Source: Gemmatimonadota bacterium | GTDB lineage: Bacteria > Gemmatimonadota > Gemmatimonadetes > Gemmatimonadales > GWC2-71-9 | Length of the DNA: 64,000 bases | NCBI GenBank assembly: GCA_022566515.1 | Contig: JADFIT010000002.1 | Location: forward strand, 4,068 to 68,067 | Reading direction: 5' to 3' | In this document: piece by piece, positions 1 to 9,236 of the stretch | Numbering within the stretch: position 1 is the first letter of the stretch | Layout of the letters: each line of letters opens with the position of its first letter | Program-made: the position numbers and the translations under genes | Notes under the pieces: model-generated | Told to the model about the DNA's origin: nothing | Databases searched by the model: none | The model's input: the letters and a program-made list of their open reading frames with translations, nothing else

Positions 1-1
1 G

Positions 2-1210
2 GCTCGCAACTCGCTGCGGCAGCGTGGTGTATTCCACGATTACTCGCACGCCGCGAGCACCTCGCGAGTCGACAGTCTCCGTGCGGCAATCGCGGCGCTC
101 GACAGCGCCATCGCTCAGTACCGAGACTATGGGGCTATGATGCGGTGGTATCAGGCCTATGGTGGAACGGGGCTGACCGCTAGCACCGAACAAGAGTACA
201 TGAAGTTTGACATCAATCTCCCACGTTCTCGGGTGGCGCTGTTCCTCCGAATCGAGGCTGATCGCATGCGCAACAGCGTCTTCCGCGAGTTCGATGTGGA
301 GCGGATGATTCTGGTCGAGCAGCGTTACGGCGATCTGAACCGGGCCACGACGCCGTATTACGAACAGATGAACGCGGCCGTCGGTGCCATACATCCCGTG
401 TTCTGGCCTGAAGGCTATCCGACGGATTTTCTGCGGTACACGCGGAACTCCCAGCGTGAACTCTACGAGACCTACTTCGTACCGAACAACACTACGATCG
501 TCCTCGTAGGTGGCGTGCGCTTCGACGCGATGGTGGGCTTGGTGGAACAATATTTCGGCTGGATGGAGCGGGCCCCCGAGCCGACTCGGATGAGGGCGGT
601 CGAGCCTGTACCCCGGGCGGAGCGGCGCGTGGTGTTCCGGAGCGCGGACCTCGATCCACGTGTAGAGGCACGGTTTCTCATACCGGGAGTCGGACATCCC
701 GATCGACCACTTTTTGACGTGCTGCTCGGCGTGGTGCGTCGCACGGTCGAAGATGAGCTGGCCACGAAAGGGATAGCGGCCACGGTCGATGCCAATACTC
801 GTGTCGTGCACACTACACGGTTTGGTGTTCCTTCATCGCTGAATTTCGAAATCGTTCTGGATAACGAGGAGAACATTTCCGGGGCCGAGTCTGTTCTTCT
901 AGGTGTGCTGGACCAGTTGGGGCGGACACCAGTGGAGCAGGACCGCCTCGCGACTGTGAAGAAACACCTGAGAACGGACTGGCACCGGCTTGCTCTCGAT
1001 GCCGGTCGCCTCGCGTTCGAGATAGGACATTTTCAGACTATGGACAGCTGGAGAACGCTACAGCCCTACTTGGAAGCCCGCGATGCCGCTACTTCGGAGG
1101 ATCTCACTCGGCTGGCGCGGGAGTACTTCGTTTCCGAGAACAGAACTGTTGGGATAGTGCGCAGTCCTGGCCAAGCGGAGAGGGAAACCACCTCGGGACG
1201 CTCGAGATGA
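2..1210 (+). CDS. M16 (pitrilysin/insulinase) family peptidase, 5'-truncated by the window edge
   Basis: Frame is open from nt 2 with no upstream stop, so the N-terminus (where an HxxEH zinc site would be) lies outside the window. The visible part has M16-like segments (GGTGLTASTEQEYMKF, RIEADRMRN, VLVGGV) and a second M16_C-like half. Its stop overlaps the next M16 gene start (ATGA). Confidence 0.8.
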   Translation, partial: ARNSLRQRGVFHDYSHAASTSRVDSLRAAIAALDSAIAQYRDYGAMMRWYQAYGGTGLTASTEQEYMKFDINLPRSRVALFLRIEADRMRNSVFREFDVERMILVEQRYGDLNRATTPYYEQMNAAVGAIHPVFWPEGYPTDFLRYTRNSQRELYETYFVPNNTTIVLVGGVRFDAMVGLVEQYFGWMERAPEPTRMRAVEPVPRAERRVVFRSADLDPRVEARFLIPGVGHPDRPLFDVLLGVVRRTVEDELATKGIAATVDANTRVVHTTRFGVPSSLNFEIVLDNEENISGAESVLLGVLDQLGRTPVEQDRLATVKKHLRTDWHRLALDAGRLAFEIGHFQTMDSWRTLQPYLEARDAATSEDLTRLAREYFVSENRTVGIVRSPGQAERETTSGRSR

Positions 1211-2604
1211 GACGGCAGAGGGTGTCGGGCGATCCTTCCATTTGGCTGGTGACCATTGCGTTACTCGTCATGGAGGCGGGAACAGCAGCACAGTTGTTGG
1301 CACAGGAGTTGCCCCATCCCCGCGAAATGGGTTTCACGGAAGTCCAAATCCAGATTCCCGACACCGCCCGGTTCGAGTTTCGACTGGAAAACGGTCTGAC
1401 GGGATTCGCCGTTCAAGACGGTCGGATGCCGTTGGTGCAAATTTCGGCGTTTATCCGTGTAGGGACGGGTGACGCTAACAAGCGGGGAGTTGCTGAGGTG
1501 CTCGCCATGTTGTTGCGCCGCGGCCCGTGTTGGATGGGTCCGAATCGCTTTCGTGAAGCCATGGACCGCATGGCAGGGAAACTCACGATTGTCATGACAC
1601 GGAACATGACGGAGATCACGCTCAACGTTCCCACCGAGGATGCCGCACAAGGAATCCGAATATTCTCAGGTATCATCAGGGCTCCCTGTATCGAGCAAGA
1701 CGGTCTCGAGGAGTTTCGGCGACGCGGAGTGTCGGCTCCCACGCCACCGGTGGACGCAGTGGTTGAGAACGGTTCGTTGGAGCTTGCGGTAGATCTCTTC
1801 AACCGGCGCCTCTTTGAGGGGCATCGATACAGCGAGGTAATCACCTCCGAAGACGCTGCGGCGATCACGATCGAGGACGTGGAAGACTTCCATCGGGATT
1901 TCTTCAGTCCAGGCAACATGGTCCTTGCCGTCTCGGGGGCTCTCGACGCAGGCGCCCTGCTGAGCGAAGTGGACCAACGTTTCGCAGACTGGGAGACGCG
2001 TCGTCTGCCGAGGCTGCAAACCGAGTCGGACGTCCGGACGCCCCCCCGAGCCACATATCGGTATCGCTCCGACAAGCTCCAGACCTGGATTGTGATCGGG
2101 CACGAGTTACCGAGGGTGTCTCCGGACGATCTGCCGGCCCTTCAGGTGATGAACTACATTCTGGGCGGAGGCCACTTCGACACGCGTTTGTTTCGTGAGG
2201 CGCGGGACAAGCGTGGCCTCACGAATGACGCCAGTGGATTTCTGGAATTCAACCTCCGCGGCCCCGGCACGTATACATTCCGCACCTACGGACGCCACGA
2301 GGTCGCGCAGCAGTTGATCGACCTCACTTTTGCCGAGATCGAGCGGATACGAAGCGAACTCGTCTCCGAAGAAGAGCTGTTGGTCGCCAAGGGCGCTCTT
2401 ACGGACGGCGAGTTCGCGATGAAGTTTGCCAACGGTCACGCTGTAGCCAGGACGTTCGCCCAGGAGTTGGCCAGGTATGGGACGTTCCGGCACTTGTTTG
2501 GATATGTGCGCCGTGTGCGCTCGGTATCCCGCGAGGACGTGCGCCGGGCGGCGCGGCGGTACCTGCATCCCGAGAGAATGGCGGTGGTTATCGTTGGCCG
2601 GTAG
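1207..2604 (+). CDS. M16 family peptidase-like protein, apparently non-catalytic partner subunit
   Basis: 465-aa ORF with a 4-nt ATGA overlap on the upstream M16 gene and a hydrophobic N-terminal signal-like segment. It has the two-domain M16 layout (LENGLTGF..., VLAVSGALD...). Where HxxEH is expected the sequence reads GVAEVLAMLLRRG, so no His/Glu zinc ligands are seen. Confidence 0.8.
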   Translation: MRRQRVSGDPSIWLVTIALLVMEAGTAAQLLAQELPHPREMGFTEVQIQIPDTARFEFRLENGLTGFAVQDGRMPLVQISAFIRVGTGDANKRGVAEVLAMLLRRGPCWMGPNRFREAMDRMAGKLTIVMTRNMTEITLNVPTEDAAQGIRIFSGIIRAPCIEQDGLEEFRRRGVSAPTPPVDAVVENGSLELAVDLFNRRLFEGHRYSEVITSEDAAAITIEDVEDFHRDFFSPGNMVLAVSGALDAGALLSEVDQRFADWETRRLPRLQTESDVRTPPRATYRYRSDKLQTWIVIGHELPRVSPDDLPALQVMNYILGGGHFDTRLFREARDKRGLTNDASGFLEFNLRGPGTYTFRTYGRHEVAQQLIDLTFAEIERIRSELVSEEELLVAKGALTDGEFAMKFANGHAVARTFAQELARYGTFRHLFGYVRRVRSVSREDVRRAARRYLHPERMAVVIVGR

Positions 2605-2683
2605 CACCTCTCACCTATCCTACCCCTGGCCGTGACTTCGTTACGGCGGTAAGATGTCCACAATCTACTAACGGAGACGACTC

Positions 2684-5599
2684 ATGATCGTACGCTTCCG
2701 TACTACCCTGTTTGCGGCCATCGCCGCCGCCCTCTCAGTCACGTCCGTTTCGGGCCAGCTGGCGAAGATCCCGTTGGACCATTCCGTTTACGACAGCTGG
2801 AACCGGATAAGCGCCCGGGCGATCTCCAACGACGGTCGTTGGGTGCTGTACCGCCTCACACCGGGCCTGGGAGATTCACAGCTCCATGTCAGGAACGTTC
2901 AGTCGGGGCAGTCCTTCGAGATCCACCGAGGCACATCCGCCCGGTTCAGCCACGACTCCCGGTTCGTTGTTTTTGAGATCGAACCGCAGGATTCCATTGT
3001 GAAGAGTTTGCGGCTCGAGAAGACGAAGCCGGCAGATCTGCCCAAGGATTCACTCGGCATTCTCAACCTGGCGAGCGGCGAAATTACGCGGGTGGCACGG
3101 GTGAAGTCGTTCGTGCTTCCCGAGGAGGCCGGTGGGTGGGCGGCCTACTTACACGAAAAGCCGCAAGAGGAGGCCGCAGACAGCAGTGAGGGTGGTGCAG
3201 GGCAGGACGACCTGGAAAGTGCGTTCCAACGAGCTCGGGACCAAGACGATGATGACAAGAAGGCAGAAGGTACACAGCTCGTTCTGCGCAATCTTCTCAC
3301 CGGGGCTGAGTGGCGTTATGAGGACGTCACCGCCTACGTATTGGCCAAGAACGGCTCTCGCCTGGCGTACGCGAGGTCGAACAAAGACGGGGATGCGGAC
3401 GGCGTGTTTGCGGTGACACTCGGCGATGATGCTGCGGCAGCGTTGATGACGGGAAAAGGTGTGTACCAGGGGCTGGCACTCGACAAGCAAGGCGACCAGA
3501 TCGCCTTTCTTTCGAACCGAGACGAGTTCGAAGCAGATCAACCAGCCTTTTTGCTCTACTATTGGAAGAGCGGGAGCGACGAAGCACGTGCTGCGGTTGA
3601 TGCGTCCACTCCTGGGGTCCCTGCCGGCTGGTGGGTGAGCGAGAATGAGGATGCGTCGTTCTCGGAGAACGGAGAGCGGCTTTTCTTCGGGACCGCACCA
3701 CGACCGGACCCAGAGCCGGAGGAGGAGACGCCGGAGTGGGAGAAGGTAGTGGTGGACATTTGGAACTGGAAGGATCCCCTACTTCAGCCGAACCAACTCG
3801 TTCAGCGAGACAGAGAGCTTCGACGCACATACCGTGCGGTGCTTCACCTAGACGACAACCGCGTCGTGCAGTTGGCAACGGTGCGCATGCCAACGGTGAC
3901 GGTGGCCGATTCCGGCGATGGTGACGTGGGCCTGGCCGTAACGAACATGCCGTATAGACAGGAAATTTCGTGGGATTCTCCGGGGTATAACGATGTGTAC
4001 GTGGTGGACGTCAATACAGGGCACGCGCGGATGCTCCTCGAGGGGTTGCAAGGATCCACTCAGATGTCGCCTGGCGGCAAATACATCACGTGGTGGGATG
4101 GCCACGAGCGAGCATGGTTTGCGAAGGACGTTGACGGCGGTGAGGCCGTAAATCTCACCGGAGCAATCGGAGTTCCGTTCTACGACGAGCTGCACGATCG
4201 GCCGATGATCCCCCGTTCCAACCGATCGGCTGGTTGGACCGAGGACGACGAGCTATTCCTCGTCTACGACAAGTACGACATCTGGGCGGTGGACCCGACG
4301 GGCCGGAGTGCACCACGCAACATCACCGAAGGTGTGGGCCGCAGGGAAAACCTGGGGTTCCGCTATGTGTCACTGGACCGAGCCGGAGTCATTGGCCGCG
4401 CGGCGTTCGGTGGTGGCCGTCCACAGAGTGCCATCGGGGAAAACGAAGACCTGCTGCTGGAGGCCTTTGACCTTGACTCGAAAGCGTCAGGCTTCTATCG
4501 GGACCGAGTGCGGGGCAACCGAGAGCCCCAGCGCTTGATTATGGAGCCGCGTCGCTTTGGCCCACCGCAGAAAGCGAAAGATGCGGATGTCATAGTGTTC
4601 ACCCGTGAGAGCTTTGAGGAGTTCCCGGATCTCTGGGCAAGCGATCTGAGTTTCGAGAACATGCAACGTCTGAGCCATGCCAATCCACAACAGAGTGACT
4701 ACTCCTGGGGTACGGCTGAGCCGGTGGAGTGGATGTCCACAGACGGCCGTGATCTTCGGGGAATCCTGTATAAGCCGGAGGGGTTCGACCCGGCTCGGAA
4801 GTATCCGATGATGGTCTATTACTACGAGAAGATGTCGGATCAACTCTACGCCCATCGAGCGCCCGCCCCCGGGTCATCGAGCATCAATATCTCGTTCTAC
4901 GTGAGTCGAGGCTATGTCGTCTTCATTCCGGACATCTACTATCGGGACGGGTATCCCGGTGAGAGCGCGCTGAATTGCTTGGTGCCTGGTGTGCTCAGCA
5001 TTCTAGCGAAGGGGTTCATAGATCCGGAGCGCGTTGGCATTCAGGGGCATAGCTGGGGAGGGTACCAGACCGCCTATCTCGTGACCCGAACCAACGTCTT
5101 CGCTGCGGCGGAAGCTGGTGCTCCGGTGTCTAACATGACCAGCGCGTATGGCGGCATCAGATGGCAATCGGGAGTGAGCCGCATGATGCAGTACGAGCGC
5201 ACACAGAGTCGTTTGGGCGGGACCTTGTGGGAAGTTAGGCAGAGGTATATTGAAAACTCTCCCCTTTTCTGGGCTGACAAGATCGAGACACCCGTGCTCA
5301 TGCTGCACAACGATGAAGATGGGGCTGTGCCGTGGTATCAGGGGATCGAGTTCTTCGTGGCGCTAAGGCGCCTGCACAAGCCCGTGTGGCTGCTCAACTA
5401 CAACGGCGAGCCTCACGGCTTGCGGAAATACCAGAACCGAAAGGACTTCGCCGTTCGGATGCAGCAATTCTTCGACCATTACTTGAAGGGTGCGCCGGCA
5501 CCGGTGTGGATGGTGGACGGTGTGCCGGCCGTTATGAAGGGCAAGGACCTCGGCTTGGAGATCATCACCGAGGTCGCCACGAGTGGTGGTGGAGGGTAG
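2684..5599 (+). CDS. Secreted S9 family serine peptidase (prolyl oligopeptidase/dipeptidyl-peptidase type) with long N-terminal propeller-like region
   Basis: 971-aa ORF with signal peptide MIVRFRTTLFAAIAAALSVTSVSGQ. The C-terminal alpha/beta hydrolase domain carries the nucleophile elbow GIQGHSWGGYQ plus downstream DEDGAVP and EPHGL (Asp/His of the triad). Confidence 0.85.
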   Translation: MIVRFRTTLFAAIAAALSVTSVSGQLAKIPLDHSVYDSWNRISARAISNDGRWVLYRLTPGLGDSQLHVRNVQSGQSFEIHRGTSARFSHDSRFVVFEIEPQDSIVKSLRLEKTKPADLPKDSLGILNLASGEITRVARVKSFVLPEEAGGWAAYLHEKPQEEAADSSEGGAGQDDLESAFQRARDQDDDDKKAEGTQLVLRNLLTGAEWRYEDVTAYVLAKNGSRLAYARSNKDGDADGVFAVTLGDDAAAALMTGKGVYQGLALDKQGDQIAFLSNRDEFEADQPAFLLYYWKSGSDEARAAVDASTPGVPAGWWVSENEDASFSENGERLFFGTAPRPDPEPEEETPEWEKVVVDIWNWKDPLLQPNQLVQRDRELRRTYRAVLHLDDNRVVQLATVRMPTVTVADSGDGDVGLAVTNMPYRQEISWDSPGYNDVYVVDVNTGHARMLLEGLQGSTQMSPGGKYITWWDGHERAWFAKDVDGGEAVNLTGAIGVPFYDELHDRPMIPRSNRSAGWTEDDELFLVYDKYDIWAVDPTGRSAPRNITEGVGRRENLGFRYVSLDRAGVIGRAAFGGGRPQSAIGENEDLLLEAFDLDSKASGFYRDRVRGNREPQRLIMEPRRFGPPQKAKDADVIVFTRESFEEFPDLWASDLSFENMQRLSHANPQQSDYSWGTAEPVEWMSTDGRDLRGILYKPEGFDPARKYPMMVYYYEKMSDQLYAHRAPAPGSSSINISFYVSRGYVVFIPDIYYRDGYPGESALNCLVPGVLSILAKGFIDPERVGIQGHSWGGYQTAYLVTRTNVFAAAEAGAPVSNMTSAYGGIRWQSGVSRMMQYERTQSRLGGTLWEVRQRYIENSPLFWADKIETPVLMLHNDEDGAVPWYQGIEFFVALRRLHKPVWLLNYNGEPHGLRKYQNRKDFAVRMQQFFDHYLKGAPAPVWMVDGVPAVMKGKDLGLEIITEVATSGGGG

Positions 5600-5633
5600 C
5601 AAGCCGTCTGTAACTGCACCAGAGGGAGTTGGA

Positions 5634-6161
5634 ATGAATATGTCGTCTACGACAGAGAGACCTGGCTCCGAACGACGCGGGACCTCCCGGCGGGGAGCCG
5701 AGCGGCGGGGCGACGTCGCTCCACCCCCGGGAGGAGTCGACCGGCGCGAAGAACTCGATCGGCGGGGACTCTGGCGCCGTGCGTCGGATACGCCCCGCGT
5801 TCCGTCCGAAGAGGAGTACAGCCGATGGCGTACCACGCTGCGTTGCCTGGGCCCGCAGATCACGCGGTGCGTGCAGCTCACCGATTTCGTGGATGACGCG
5901 CCCAAATTGCTCGTGGGGCTACGTACCGCGACCAAAATGGAAGATTGGGAGCAGGTGTGCGTCTTGGCCGGCAACCTCGAGCGGGCCGGGTTGCGCATCA
6001 GCTCGAGCCACGTGAGCCACGACGCGCGCCGCGTGCAACACGAAGTGGCTTCGATGCCGCACCACGGCTCCGTCGTGCCCGCCCTGGATCAGCTGGAGGT
6101 CGCCGTCCATCGGACCAGCAAGTTGATCAATGAGGCGCTGGACGGAGGGCTTCCGGAGTAA
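5634..6161 (+). CDS. Hypothetical protein: Arg-rich N-terminus plus helical C-terminal domain
   Basis: ATG at 5634 is preceded by GGAG, and the longer GTG start at 5583 overlaps the peptidase gene. Third-position GC is high in this frame, whereas the antisense ORF 5363-5998 is R/S/P-rich junk. I recognised no clear family. The start is uncertain. Confidence 0.5.
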   Translation: MNMSSTTERPGSERRGTSRRGAERRGDVAPPPGGVDRREELDRRGLWRRASDTPRVPSEEEYSRWRTTLRCLGPQITRCVQLTDFVDDAPKLLVGLRTATKMEDWEQVCVLAGNLERAGLRISSSHVSHDARRVQHEVASMPHHGSVVPALDQLEVAVHRTSKLINEALDGGLPE

Positions 6162-6260
6162 CGGTCCTTCCCACCCCGTCCTCGAACCTCCACGATCCGC
6201 GAAGGTGAGGAAAGCGAACAGCGCTCCCCCATCCAGGAAGCGAGGATTTCCCTGACCACC

Positions 6261-6929
6261 TTGCCATACGACATCATTACCTTCGACTGCTACGGCACGC
6301 TCATCGACTGGAATGGAGGCATAACGGCGGCGTTTCAAGAAGCCGCCAGGGTTGACGGCGTCAATCTCGATTCGGATGCTATCATGACGGCCTACCACGA
6401 CATAGAGCCAGCGGTCGAAGAGCAGGACTACCGGCCCTACCGGGAGGTACTGAAAGAGGTTGCAGTTCGTGGTGCCGCTCGGCTCGGGTGGCCCCTCGAC
6501 GCTAACCGTTCAGGGTTTCTCGCCGAGAGCTTGGGAGATTGGACACCGTTTCCCGACACCAACCCAATGCTCGAGCGGTTGAGAGAATCAGGTTACCAAC
6601 TCGGGATCCTGTCCAACATCGATGAGGACCTTTTCGCCCGGACCCGGCGGCATTTCACGGTGCAATTCGACCTCCTGGTTACGGCAGAAAGAGTTCGCTC
6701 GTACAAGCCGGGGCATACTCATTTTCTCACCGCGAAAGAGGAAATTGGCGATAGGCGTTGGCTCCACGCCGCCCGCAGCTATTTTCATGACGTCGTGCCG
6801 GCGCGGGCGCTGGGAGTTCCGGTGGTGTGGGTGAACCGAGAGCACTCGAAACCCCTGGGGCCCGAGCGGCCGGACGCCGAAGTAGAGAATTTGGAAGGAC
6901 TGGTTGAGTGGTTGGATCGTGCTGTCTAG
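6261..6929 (+). CDS. HAD superfamily hydrolase, haloacid dehalogenase type II-like
   Basis: Motif I FDCYGTLIDW (DxYGT), motif II ILSNID, motif III SYKPGHTHF. TTG start. Confidence 0.8.
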   Translation: MPYDIITFDCYGTLIDWNGGITAAFQEAARVDGVNLDSDAIMTAYHDIEPAVEEQDYRPYREVLKEVAVRGAARLGWPLDANRSGFLAESLGDWTPFPDTNPMLERLRESGYQLGILSNIDEDLFARTRRHFTVQFDLLVTAERVRSYKPGHTHFLTAKEEIGDRRWLHAARSYFHDVVPARALGVPVVWVNREHSKPLGPERPDAEVENLEGLVEWLDRAV

Positions 6930-6977
6930 GCGGACACGGGAAGGCGGGATGCCGTTTCCGTTGATCGAGACTTAACC

Positions 6978-7511
6978 ATGGCATCGCCTGTTGGGCATGC
7001 CATGGCCGGTATGGCGACGGCGGCGGTGGTCGCAAGAGCGATCGAGGCTCCTCTTACGGCGCCGCTCTGGATCGGCGCCTTCATCGCTTCGGGGATTCCC
7101 GATCTCGACCTTGCGCTCGAGGTGTTTGGGCTGAAAGGTCCGCGTTTCCACCGCAACCTGTCCCACTCGCTGCCGCTACTGGGCCTGCTGGTATTGGGTG
7201 CGTGGTTGGCACTGTTCCCGATGGCGGCTATCGGAGAGTCGGGCATGTTCTGGGTGTGGTGTGGCGCTCTCTTCTCCCACCCCCTCATCGATGTGCTCAC
7301 CACCGGGCCCAACCTGGGTGCCAGAGGCTACGGTATTCCACTCCTCTGGCCGCTCTCGGGTAGAAGGTGGTTTCTCCAACGGCCGATTCTCGAGACGGCT
7401 GATTTCGAGGCCTGTCGATCGGTGGGCGATGTGTGGGAAGGAATTCGCCCGGAGGTCTATCGGATCGGGCCGGTTGCGTTGGTGGTGTTTGTGTTGGCTG
7501 TGTTCGTTTGA
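6978..7511 (+). CDS. Membrane-bound metal-dependent hydrolase (YdjM/DUF457-like)
   Basis: Polytopic 177-aa protein with conserved-looking GH...G, PDLD, HRNLSHS and FSHPLIDVL elements typical of the YdjM family. Confidence 0.65.
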   Translation: MASPVGHAMAGMATAAVVARAIEAPLTAPLWIGAFIASGIPDLDLALEVFGLKGPRFHRNLSHSLPLLGLLVLGAWLALFPMAAIGESGMFWVWCGALFSHPLIDVLTTGPNLGARGYGIPLLWPLSGRRWFLQRPILETADFEACRSVGDVWEGIRPEVYRIGPVALVVFVLAVFV

Positions 7512-7544
7512 GTTTGCTGCTGGACGGTTTGCCTCGACCGCCTC

Positions 7545-7979
7545 CTAGCTCATCTCGTCTAACCTCGCCAGCCCTTCTATCACCATCGCCGGCAGCTTCG
7601 TCTTCGAGCGCGCTGCGTAGTCGAACGACACGACCGTACCCGTCCCCTCGGCAGCTATCGTGTTTTGCGCCGTCGAGAACACTTTGTATTCCATCACAAA
7701 TCGGTCAGCGAGAATCTCCGTAGCGCGTGCGCCCACCAGGACGGTGTCGGGATAGTAGAGCGGCCGGCGAAAGCGGCAGTCCGTGGAGTGCAGGATACCG
7801 CCGATTTTCAGCTCGTCGTATGCGGCGATGAAACGGCACCGCTCGAGAAACGCGATGCGGGCGGACTCAAAGAAGCGAAAAATCACCGTGTTGTTGACGT
7901 GCCCGTAGGCGTCCATCTCACCCCACTGGACGGGAATTTCCACAACCACCGGAAAAGCGGATAACGGTTTGTTCGGCAT
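7545..7979 (-). CDS. Acyl-CoA thioesterase, 4HBT/YbgC-like hotdog fold
   Basis: 144 aa. The N-terminal VQWGEMDAYGHVNNTVIFRFFESARIAFL matches the YbgC/4HBT catalytic Asp region. Confidence 0.8.
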   Translation of the reverse strand: MPNKPLSAFPVVVEIPVQWGEMDAYGHVNNTVIFRFFESARIAFLERCRFIAAYDELKIGGILHSTDCRFRRPLYYPDTVLVGARATEILADRFVMEYKVFSTAQNTIAAEGTGTVVSFDYAARSKTKLPAMVIEGLARLDEMS

Positions 7980-8060
7980 GTCTCGGGGCCGGAGGTTAAA
8001 GGAAGCGCGGCCGCGGATTGATTATTTGGACACGGATTTTGCGCCGGTTCAAGGAGCTAA

Positions 8061-9233
8061 TCAACCCAGCTCTGCGGACGCGATACGGGCGGTTTCGGCG
8101 AGTACGGCTGCGCCGACGAAGATACTCTCGTCCGCCGCGTAGAACTTGGAGTTGTGGGCCGGGATGATCTTGCCTCCGGGTTCCCTGGCGCCCACGCGAA
8201 GAAAGCATCCCGGTAACCTTTCCAGGTAAAAGGCAAAATCCTCTCCGCCCATATTCAACGAACCGAGGTGTTTCAGCGCGCCCTTCCCGAGGACCGACTC
8301 CACGGCGCGCCGACACCACGCGACGGGCTCTTCACGGTTGATGATGGGAGGGGTGCCGGTCTCGAGTGTCAGGTCTGCGGTGAGGTGATGTGCGGCCGCC
8401 GTGCTCTCTACTACGACACGGATCTCCTCATGGAGCTTGTCGCGTGTTTCCGGGTCGGTAGCGCGAATTGTTCCGGAGAGCGCGGCCGTCTCCGGTATCA
8501 CGTTGGGGGCCGTTCCTGCCTTGACGGTGCCAACGGTGACCACCGCGGCATGAGCCGGGTTGATACGGCGGGAGACGATGGTTTGGAGTTGGGTAATGAT
8601 GGCAGCCATGCCCACGATAGGATCGATCCCCTCTTGCGGTCTGGCGCCATGGGCTCCCCTGCCGGTCAGTTCCACGGAAAACGTATCGCTGGAGGCCGCG
8701 AGCGGCCCTGATTGGGCAACGACCTCTCCAACGGTAAACCGGCGGTCTACGTGGGCACCGAAGATGGCGTCTGCATCGTCGAGTGCCCCGCTCGCCAAGA
8801 TCTTCGACGCACCAGTTCCGGTTTCTTCTGCAGGTTGGAGAATGATGAGCACGTCGCCGGTCGCCGGGTTCTCGTTCAGCAAGTGAGCCGCCCCGACGAC
8901 CCAGGTGGCGTGCACGTCGTGACCGCATGCATGCATCACCCCGGCGCACACCGAAGCGAAGTCGAGGCCGGTGTCTTCTTGAATGGGCAGCGCGTCGATA
9001 TCACCGCGTAGCGCGACTACAGGTGCTTCAGGGTCACGTCCTTCGAAGCGGGCAACAACGCCCGTACCGGCTATACGGTCCAGTGATTTTGGCTTGAGGC
9101 GTTCCAATGAACTGTAGAGCTTCGCTGCGGTTCGTTCTTCCTGAAACGAAAGCTCAGGGTGGCGGTGGAGGTCGCGACGGAGTTCGAGTAGCTCTTCCCG
9201 AGTCGAGGAGGAGAATAGCGTCATCGGTATCAT
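8061..9233 (-). CDS. M20 family amidohydrolase (N-acyl-L-amino-acid amidohydrolase/hippuricase type)
   Basis: 390 aa with LRRDLHRHPELSFQE, MHACGHDVH, LQPAEE and the HN..F tail typical of the M20D/ILR1-like subfamily. It lies 3 nt downstream of the enolase-superfamily gene. Confidence 0.85.
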   Translation of the reverse strand: MIPMTLFSSSTREELLELRRDLHRHPELSFQEERTAAKLYSSLERLKPKSLDRIAGTGVVARFEGRDPEAPVVALRGDIDALPIQEDTGLDFASVCAGVMHACGHDVHATWVVGAAHLLNENPATGDVLIILQPAEETGTGASKILASGALDDADAIFGAHVDRRFTVGEVVAQSGPLAASSDTFSVELTGRGAHGARPQEGIDPIVGMAAIITQLQTIVSRRINPAHAAVVTVGTVKAGTAPNVIPETAALSGTIRATDPETRDKLHEEIRVVVESTAAAHHLTADLTLETGTPPIINREEPVAWCRRAVESVLGKGALKHLGSLNMGGEDFAFYLERLPGCFLRVGAREPGGKIIPAHNSKFYAADESIFVGAAVLAETARIASAELG

Positions 9234-9236
9234 ACG

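Noticed and set aside
5363-5998. 211-aa minus-strand ORF overlapping the S9 peptidase end and the Arg-rich hypothetical gene
   Set aside because: It is an R/S/P-rich antisense-type translation that overlaps the well-supported 3' end of the S9 peptidase gene. The plus-strand frame has the better third-position GC pattern.
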